NCBI GenBank assembly: GCA_001642005.1 | Contig: LWCA01000007.1 | Location: 41,675 to 105,674, forward strand | Length of the DNA stretch: 64,000 nt | Direction: 5' to 3' | Origin: Intoshia linei | Taxonomy: Eukaryota; Animalia; Orthonectida | Shown: positions 57,201-64,000 of the stretch, in pieces | Layout of the letters: every line of letters starts with the position of its first letter | How positions within the stretch are numbered: the first letter of the stretch is position 1 | Notes under the pieces: model-generated | The model's input: only the letters and a program-made list of their open reading frames with translations | Told to the model about the DNA's origin: nothing | Database searches by the model: none | Position numbers and translations under genes: made by a program

Positions 57201-60200
57201 AATGTACAGGGGATAGATTTTATTGTCAAAGTAATGATATTTTTTTATTTAAACTGATACATACAAATCCAATTCGAAGGCAACCCAAAATAAAAACCAA
57301 TTCAGAATCACCATTAATTCATTAGAATTAGCTTCTTGATGAGACAATGGTGTAAATTAAATTACTTTTACTTACTATTTAATTATACACTTTATAATGT
57401 ACATTAAATTTAAATTAATTGTTTATGTAATTTGTAAGGTAGACGAGTACATAATAAAGTAAAAGACATTTCAGTATGGAACTCATTTAGTCCTAGATCG
57501 GAATGTTTATAGGCAAAATTGTGAAATAATGTACCATGTAATAATGTGTCGTTATTATTTATTGTTTTTAAATATACCTGATGGGCATGGAACAGGCAAA
57601 ACATTATTATTAGTACAAAGATTTCCATCCGGGCATAATGTACATTCTAAAAATAAATATAAAAATAAAATTTTGAAATAAATACAAATATTTCATTGAA
57701 ATAAAAGTTTTATAAATAATAGGTTTAAAAAAATAATATAGTACAATGTACATAAACAATTGTACAACACCAAGATATATTACTAGATTTTCCAGTTAAA
57801 GAATAATATCCAGCAGGACAAACAACAGCTTTTTCGTTATTTTGACAATATGAGCCAGCCGGGCAAATAATGCATAAATCGGTGCCTAATAAAGAATAAT
57901 AGCCTTCTTTACATTCTTCTGCTTGTCTTTTTTCGTTGCATTGAGAGCCAACAGAACATTTGAAGCATTTTATTTCTATTAAACGTAAAATTAATTGTTA
58001 CTACATGCATTATAATATAATGCTTACATTAATCATAAATACATTAAAAATTACGTCCAAATTGAGACGTATAACCAGTGGCACATGCAATCGGAATTAC
58101 ATTATTGTTTAGACATGAAAATCCAAAGGGGCATGTTATACATTCTATTGCCTTTGCAAGTGAATAAGTACCAACATTACAAGCTGATTCGGTAATTTTA
58201 TTAGCACAATGATATCCAGCTGTACAGGGTGTACACGTATTTTCACTTGTTGCTGAATAATACCCATAATTGCATGGTGTAGGGTTTGTACTAAAAATAT
58301 AAAAAAATAATCAAGTCATTAAATCTTATCAAATATATTGAAAATATAAAATACCCAGATGAGCAGTCAAAACCACCAGGACAGTCATAACATCCTGTTC
58401 CCATAGCATTTATTATTTTTCCTATAAATTAAAGTATTGTAATTTACACGATAAAATAGTAATACATATAGTAATAAATGTATGCTTTTTTGGCCGGGTA
58501 GATGAATGTTTATAAGATTACAATTAATGATATGCTCAGGTTTTATATATCTCAGATGTTGTGTTATTTAAAATTCTAACCCCATAATTTACAAACAGAC
58601 AGATAAGTAGACAAAGTCTAATACTATACATCATGGGTTCTTAACTTTTTTCAACTTGGCACCACTTAATTCAATAAAATTCAATTTGGCACCCCTAGAA
58701 TGTAGTAAACTTAAATTTAAAAAAAGTTAATAATATCATAATAATATACGGTAACAAGAAATTTCTAGTTGAAATGGCTAAAATGGCTTTAAATTTAAAT
58801 TATAAAAAACATTTGAACATAAAAAATACTGTGGTTTGTACGATTTATCAGTATCATTTATTTTAGTATCGTTTAATATTAACCGATTTGATTTTTTTGA
58901 TAAATTCTTAAAATCAAAAAAGGCATCCACGTGCAAAATAGGTTTTTCTAATAAAAAAAATTGGACACCCTAATATACATATTATAAATATTTAATATTT
59001 TAAAAAGTTAAATTAATAAATAAAATTTAACTTAATTTTCGAAACTTCATTCAACTTTAAAAATTATAGCTACAAAATCATTTTTATTCAAAAATTTTCT
59101 GGTACCCCCCAAAAACCGGTTTTCATTCCAGCACTCCAGGTTAATAACCAATGCTATTCATTTTAGATATTTTACTTTCAATAGGTAAAGATGAATTATA
59201 AAGTCATTATTTTATAATTTTTAATATTTTTTTAAATTACCGGCAGTGCACGAAGTACATGTAACAACACCAATATCGGAATATTCTGTGTCAGCGCATT
59301 TCGTTATGGTTGTCGTTGTGCATTTATAATCAACTGGGCACAATTCACAAGTTGTTGCACCTGTAAATGTTAATTATATATTTTACTAATATTAAAACTA
59401 ATATTAACTTGAAAATAAGAACTTAAAAACACCCAAAATGAAAAAATTGAGTAAATTTAAAGTATTTTTAAAATTTTGTATCATTCATCATAAGTTTTCT
59501 ATAACCATTCACTAGTTCAGTGGTTCGTCACTCCTCTGCAGCGCCATGTATTTTTATCAAAAAGTATATTTTATTAGTGGGAAGTTCCCATTGGGAACCA
59601 AATACGAAAAATTTTCTAACAAAAATGAATTGTATTATACATGGTATATATTCTTATCCTTTCTCTATTTCTCTCTATTGGTGAATTAGATAGATAATAC
59701 TGTATTTGCTTAATTTGCTTATTTTCTTCATGTATTATAATGACTGAGCATGAAAAATCGTTCAATATTTTTAGTTTTTATTCTAACCTGTAGTTAGAGA
59801 GTATTGATTTGCTGGGCATGCGATATGGTTTGATAATCCATCGGTAGGACAATAAAATCCAGATTCGCAAGTTTTACCTTAGAATAAAATAAATTAAAAA
59901 TAATGGATTTATAATAAATTTAAATACACGTTTTTCCATCAGAGTAGGTGCCAGCCAAGCAAATAATAGGCTGAAAAGTTCCTACATTTTCACATTTATA
60001 CCCCGGTTTACACGTTGTGCATGATGTAGAACCAGAGGTATCGGTATATTTTCCAATTATGCAGTTTACACAAGCCGTTAAACTTGTTTGAGAAGTGATG
60101 GCATTGCTTGTACCAACCGGGCATGGTATAATTGATATAGTACCATCTGGACAGTAAAATCCTTTTGGACAAGTTTGACAATTTAATGACGTGTCTAAGT

Positions 60201-60273
60201 ATTTACCGCTAATGCAGGGTGTAATGGAATAAATTGATTTAACAATAAGAAAAAATAATAATAAGCGAATCAT
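15223..60273 (-). CDS. Giant Cys-rich GCC2/GCC3 (ephrin-receptor-like) repeat type I membrane protein, ~138 exons, ~6,300 aa (hand estimate)
   Basis: ATG 60273 starts a signal peptide (MIRLLLFFLIVKSIYS). Hundreds of CPxGxYC / CxxCxxG units can be spliced in frame across the junctions I traced, down to ~23100. Then a globular domain (PIVCLE...YPIFDRLNLFNS...FPYRFMQPGVFVF), a TM helix (~20675-20745, continuing IIFTRFGW), and cytoplasmic exons 20637-19512, 19451-19160, ~18001-16685, 16262-15486, 15428-15351, 15306-15223 (TAA). AATAAA at 15216-15211. Confidence 0.85.
18040..18590 (-). mobile_element. Internal fragment of the Helitron family (minus strand)
   Basis: Shares TTTGACCCTGAAGG, GGTTGATTTTATTTTTTAAAAAAAGG and TTTTTGACCG blocks with 6700-7000 and 10530-10700, and in reverse with 55020-55350. 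Confidence 0.5.
22387..22459 (+). tRNA. tRNA-Arg (anticodon CCT), intronless
   Basis: Cloverleaf: acceptor GTCCTTG/CGAGGAC; D-arm GCGC-AATGGATA-GCGC; anticodon arm TCGGA-CT CCT AA-TCCGG; T-arm GCGGG-TTCGAGT-CCCGT. Intact A and B boxes. Confidence 0.96.
22459..22466 (+). terminator. RNA polymerase III oligo-T terminator of the tRNA
   Basis: A run of 8 T begins at the discriminator position. Confidence 0.85.
24476..24523 (+). mobile_element. Helitron-family 3' terminus in an intron
   Basis: CTCAGTAGAGCTAGGTGCTGTTTGTACAAAGCAAAAACAGTCAAGTTAG|T, homologous to the other 3' ends. Confidence 0.6.
26468..26960 (+). mobile_element. Complete short non-autonomous Helitron (~493 bp)
   Basis: 5' end A|TCTTTTACTTGTATAAAATTGAAAGTGTTTGTGTG; subterminal hairpin ACTGTTTGTACGAATTTCATAACA; 3' end CTAG|T. 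Inserted between A and T with no TSD. Confidence 0.75.
28512..28887. repeat. Foldback-like inverted array of ~28-30 bp tandem repeats
   Basis: About 4.5 units of AAAATYCMAYTTTACCAACCTTTAAGGG-like sequence (28512-28641), a ~40 bp spacer, then about 7 inverted units (28681-28887). Confidence 0.85.
34466..34673. mobile_element. hAT-type MITE
   Basis: TIRs TAGGGATGTGCAG / rc TAGGTGTGTGCGA. Flanks ATACATAT / ATACATCA (6/8 TSD). Confidence 0.5.
34770..35101 (+). mobile_element. Helitron-family 3' fragment
   Basis: Internal CGGGTCAAAAAGCCCAATT block, and end TTGTTTGTACGTAGTACATAAAAGTCAACCTAG|T. Confidence 0.55.
36650..37998. mobile_element. Older TIR element hosting the nested hAT insertion
   Basis: Left end TGTTTTTAAACTTAAATCTCCACGATTCTTATT versus rc right end TGTTTCTTAAAATCAAAACTCCACGAATCTCCTATT. 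Subterminal CCCTTAAA also mirrored. Confidence 0.5.
36959..37509 (+). mobile_element. Internally deleted hAT transposon retaining the transposase C-terminal dimerization region
   Basis: TIRs CAGAGCCGTTTTAA / rc CAGAGTCGTCTTAA; TSD CTTTCAAG / CTTTCAAA. ~37079-37234 translates TFSKLKIIKNELRYFLAQPRLNVLFLMSIENISFDNMIFDFSQKIVRKLHL*, the hAT C-terminal pattern (ERSFSKLK.IK..LR....Q.RLN.L.L.SIE). Confidence 0.85.
49096..49303. mobile_element. hAT (Charlie-like) MITE, 208 bp
   Basis: TIR CAGTGGTTTT...AAAACCACTG; perfect 8-bp TSD TTATAAAC (49088-49095 / 49304-49311); internal GGGGTCGCG motifs. Confidence 0.9.
51137..52041. mobile_element. pogo/Tigger-like non-autonomous element
   Basis: TIRs CAGTAGACACTCGAAAAGTGAC / rc CAGTAAACACTCGAAAAGTGAC; TA on both flanks; repeated AAAGTGACCA subterminal motifs. 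Confidence 0.85.
51448..51643. mobile_element. hAT (Charlie-like) MITE nested in the pogo-like element; sister copy of 49096-49303
   Basis: TIR CAGTGGTTTT...AAAACCACTG; perfect TSD ATCTAGAA (51440-51447 / 51644-51651); body aligns along its length with 49096-49303. Confidence 0.9.
55000..56086 (+). mobile_element. Complete longer non-autonomous Helitron (~1.09 kb) filling one intron
   Basis: 5' end A|TCGTTTACTTATATAAAATTG; hairpin CTGTTATTTGTAC-GAA-GTACATGACAG; 3' end CTAG|T. Confidence 0.8.
58632..59153. mobile_element. hAT-type MITE (~520 bp)
   Basis: TIRs CATGGGTTCTTAAC / rc CATTGGTTATTAAC; TSD CTATACAT / CTATTCAT (7/8). Confidence 0.65.
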
Positions 60274-60883
60274 TTCAATATTTAATAATCCCTCATAATA
60301 TTTACGTTGTACATATTTTAATGACTAATTTGTATATTAAAGTGTATCAACCGGTATACTTATCAACAAATAGTGACCAACGCAATTTATTTTGAAATTC
60401 CGTTGTTAAATTCCAAACAATACTAATTAATATTATAAAAGTCAATAATTTGACTGTATCTAACGTACGTGTGTATATGTTTATGCAAGTTCAGCAGTAT
60501 TGTTTTTAACTTTTGAACATTATAAATACTAAAAATTGTAGTTAAATTTAGTTATTTTTAAATGCGGCTCAAATGAATTTATAATAAATCATAATTTACA
60601 ATACGTTAAGGTGAGTTGGAGACTTCATAAACGGATTAAAAATTATTTTATAAACAAAAATATAAAAAAAATCAACTAAAACGATATTAAACACTGGTTG
60701 TCATATACTAGAAACGACGAAGTTCCAACGAATTTGAATATTTTTAAAATAACACTCCAAATACAATTGAAATGTTACAACTTGTATAGCAATAAAATTG
60801 TATCGCACTTGATAAACCAGTATAATTGAAACGCAGTAATATTTAAAAACATATAGTGACATATAGTGACTTAAAAATATATA

Positions 60884-61945
60884 ATGGACATTTACGATGA
60901 CATTATGGAACGAAACAGGCAGAACAAGCCAGGAAATAATGTGACATTTGCGCCAGTTGCAATGGAAGTTATAATTCATATGATAAGCGCTTTCTTTGAA
61001 GATGAAAATAAAAACCCCTTTACTAAATACTTAAATTTGAATAAAATACACTATAACGCACTTGATGAATTAAGAAAACGAAAGGTATTATTTGAGAAAA
61101 GTCAATTTTACGTTAATATTGGTACATCATTATTTTATAACGAAAATTTCAAATTTGAGAAAGAGATACAGGCTAAACTTTCAAGTTTTGAATTTAATAC
61201 ATTTTTCCAGGAAATTGATTTTAAAAAGAAACAGGCAAAGGATTTTGTATACAAATTTATAAAAATAATGTTGAATGAATCTTATCAACCTCCAGTTGTC
61301 ACACTTTCACCTTACAATGATATGAAATTATTAGTAATCAATATGTTTACTCTATGCGTACCGTTCTATCACGGGTTTAATATTGAAATGACGGAATATA
61401 GAAGTTTTTTTTGTTTGGGAACTAGAAAATACACTCGAGTCGAAATGATGTGTGTTAATGCCAAATTAAATTGTCAAAGAATTGATAACATGTCAATTGT
61501 TGACGTTCCTTTATTAGTGGATGGTTTAAAAATGCTTCTTGTGCATAGCAAAGATAATACTTATAAAATGGATAGTCAAGACATTTTAAAACTTTCAAAA
61601 AAAGATAATTGCAATCTCAGAAAAGATTATACATTGTATGTGCCAAAATTTTTTCTAGAATCAAATTTAGACATTGAAGAATCTTTTAATAGCTTGGTTG
61701 ATAAATTATTGATTCGCCCTGATTCAGTAAACCTTTCTAATATTACGCACATTAGTAAATTAAAAGTTAATGAAAGTGGAGTTAATGTTACTATTAATAA
61801 GAATCAAGCATCTAAATATACCAGATTTTATGAAGATATAATTATTGATTCTTCGTTTTATTGTCTCATTTTATTTTATCCACCTACTGCACTTTCTTTA
61901 CCTGAACCCATCATTTGTCAATATGCTTTCATCGACAACCCATGA
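60884..61945 (+). CDS. Divergent intronless serpin, probably non-inhibitory and intracellular
   Basis: 353 aa; N-terminal NVTFAP (serpin N..FSP), LLVIN...F, F....T....F, VEMM, IVDVP, LYVPKF.LES.LD, THISKLKVNESG, C-terminal IDSSFY.LI...FIDNP. No signal peptide. Confidence 0.8.
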   Translation: MDIYDDIMERNRQNKPGNNVTFAPVAMEVIIHMISAFFEDENKNPFTKYLNLNKIHYNALDELRKRKVLFEKSQFYVNIGTSLFYNENFKFEKEIQAKLSSFEFNTFFQEIDFKKKQAKDFVYKFIKIMLNESYQPPVVTLSPYNDMKLLVINMFTLCVPFYHGFNIEMTEYRSFFCLGTRKYTRVEMMCVNAKLNCQRIDNMSIVDVPLLVDGLKMLLVHSKDNTYKMDSQDILKLSKKDNCNLRKDYTLYVPKFFLESNLDIEESFNSLVDKLLIRPDSVNLSNITHISKLKVNESGVNVTINKNQASKYTRFYEDIIIDSSFYCLILFYPPTALSLPEPIICQYAFIDNP

Positions 61946-62005
61946 TTTTGTATTTACATATTTATTAATAAATGTTGGTATTTTTTATACATTGAGTTTT
62001 ACATT

Positions 62006-64000
62006 TTACATTTTTACATTACATTCATTATTAAAAGAGGGTCTTTTATCAACATCTTTATTCTAGCACATGCTAATTAAATCAAATCTAAAAATTTTTA
62101 GAGTTTAACAGTTGCTGAATAAATAAATTAATCGATAAAAATCTTCAATAAACTTTTTATATTACCTGACATCCTTTAAATTCGAATAAGATCGATTTCC
62201 ATTACTGAATAATTTCCAAACTAATACTCCGTATATATTATTATTTATTATAATATTTATTAGTAATATAATAATTACTACTAATAACCGTAATGTTTTT
62301 AGTTACTACTGAATAATTCAGTTTTTCTAAACTTAATTAATAACAATAAACATAATAAGCAACTTAAACATAATAACTTAACTTAAACCTGTACCCCATC
62401 ATACGAACCGAACCTACCGTAAACGAGGCATAGACGAAATTTTGGAAAAAGGTGGCATTATTTTTCCAAATTGAACATTTAAAAAAAAATAATATTTTTG
62501 AAAATCGAATCTATTTTTTGATTAAAATTTAAACTGTCTAGACCAGGCATTTTCAACCCTTTTTCGCTGTGGACCCCCAAAAAATTAAATAATAATGACA
62601 ATTTTTAATAAATCATTACATTTAGGTGGAACAAATGATGTTCAAAAGACATATAATACTCTATTTTTGCGAGATAATAAACTTGATGAACTATTAATAT
62701 TAACTTTTAACCCGTCAATGTTCACAAAATAGAACATGTTTTTCAGGTATTGTTTACAGTACATTATTAATTGTTTACCACATATTTTATTGTAGTGTTT
62801 ACATATTACATGTTTTTTAAATTCTAGTACACTTAATTTTGTAATTAAACGGTATTACATTCAATTTTATATAAATAAAACATAAATTTGGTACTCACGA
62901 AACTATTAATATTACTGAATTTGCCCATTCGTCAAAAAAAGTGAAGACCCCTAGTTTATAAGTAGATAAAAATTAAAGTATGAAAATAATTTTGCTTTCA
63001 TTTTTTTTGAATCGTCCAGATCATTTTTAATACGTTATAGTTTTGAAGAGCAATAATTAACTGATTAATTCTAATCTTAGGGACATTATTATAAAAGGTG
63101 GTAGGTTGAAATCACTATTTTAGCAAATCAAAATAAATTGTTATAATTATTGACATTCGTGGAACAATTTAATTGGATTTGAAATATTTATTTTTTTAAA
63201 CTCCTTTCATAAAATGTCCTTCAATAATATTGAATCAATATCATCAGTCAAATGAACTATTTAAATTGTCTTTACTTTTCCCATAAGAAACGGTACCCTA
63301 TTAAACAATATTTTTTTAATTACAAACAATTTCGAGTTGCCAAATCTCTGTGAACGTATTTTTCATTAGCAATATAATTCATTCCTTTTGCAAATCAGTC
63401 ATAAACTTGTACAAAATATCCATTTTAATATCCTACTGTATCATAAATATCATAAATTATGTAAATTTTAAAAAGTTTATGGATTTACCGGATTAGACTT
63501 TAAATAGTTGTTTAAATCTCCACAGTTCATGTAAGGAGTAACAAAATAAATTCGATTGTCTAAAATACTGACACCAATCTGTTTGAGTAAATAGTTTTCC
63601 TCACATAATTTAGCCATTATGGCAGATTCAATCATAAAATTTTCGATGCATTTTGAATTAGTTTCTATTAAAAAAATAAAATGTACATTGTACACGTTAA
63701 AAATATTTACCTTTAAAAGTTTTTAATGCAACCTTATGGCATTGGTAAATACCAATATACACGCAACCATATGCACCTAAAAATTTATATGAAACTACAA
63801 TTAAATTAAAATAATTTTACCTGATCCAATTATGTTATCGAGTAGTGTAATTTTAGTTGAAAATAAATCGTATTTTTTCTGAATAGACTTTTAGTACTAT
63901 TATTAAGATATTAAAATATTTTTTAAATTAAATATATTTTTAAACTTACAGTGATAATAATTGGACTTTGTGATAGCATATGAAAGTTCCGTGACATTTC
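62006..64000 (-). pseudogene. Protein tyrosine kinase pseudogene (5' part outside window)
   Basis: Exons encode IIGSGAYGCVYIG, KVALKTF, FMIESAIM, FVTPYMNCGDL, AKGMNYIANEKYVHRDLATRNC, YGVLVWKLFSNGNRSY and FDLISMC*NKDVDKRPSF. Lesions: 1-nt frameshift at ~63392-63394, TGG>TAG at the conserved Trp (62065-62063), no intact DFG, no AG before the subdomain IX exon, and a MITE inside. Confidence 0.8.
62544..62953. mobile_element. Degenerate hAT (Charlie-like) MITE inside the kinase pseudogene
   Basis: TIRs CAGGCATTTTCAACCCTTTTT / rc TAGGGGTCTTCACTTTTTTT; flanks GTCTAGAC / GTTTATAA (decayed NTCTAGAN-type TSD). Confidence 0.55.

Noticed and set aside
23100-60273. Many separate small Cys-rich genes or a VSP-like antigen family
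   Set aside because: The pieces have splice sites, join in frame, and share one signal peptide and one TM/cytoplasmic end.
15223-60273. Stop-codon reassignment or recoding to explain the short ORFs
   Set aside because: The stops I checked fall inside GT(GC)-AG introns. The standard code gives a continuous product.

Overview
This is eukaryotic (metazoan) nuclear DNA, very AT-rich, with many tiny spliceosomal introns (commonly ~34-60 nt, many ~37-40 nt). The ORF track therefore fragments almost every gene, and I reconstructed exons by hand from GT/AG boundaries and reading-frame continuity. The style suggests a compact invertebrate parasite genome such as the orthonectid Intoshia (inference only). 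Genes in order: (1) the 3' end of an NBR1-like gene whose C-terminal UBA exon is absent from the ORF track; (2) SPT6 (minus, 2 introns); (3) a DTHD1-like ZU5/death-domain gene; (4) a DUSP22/15-like phosphatase; (5) one giant ~45 kb minus-strand gene (15223-60273; about 138 exons, ~19 kb CDS, ~6,300 aa by hand count); (6) an intronless, probably non-inhibitory serpin; (7) a tyrosine-kinase pseudogene. The giant gene encodes a type I membrane protein: signal peptide, a very long Cys-rich GCC2/GCC3 (ephrin-receptor-like) repeat array, a possible cupredoxin-like juxtamembrane domain, one TM helix, and a ~1,200 aa cytoplasmic tail ending in an HxxxH zincin-like module. A tRNA-Arg(CCT) sits antisense in one of its introns. 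The larger introns are filled with non-autonomous transposons: a Helitron family, hAT MITEs with 8-bp TSDs, pogo/Tigger-like MITEs, two nested insertions and a foldback-like inverted repeat array. No database searches were run; family assignments come from motif recognition.
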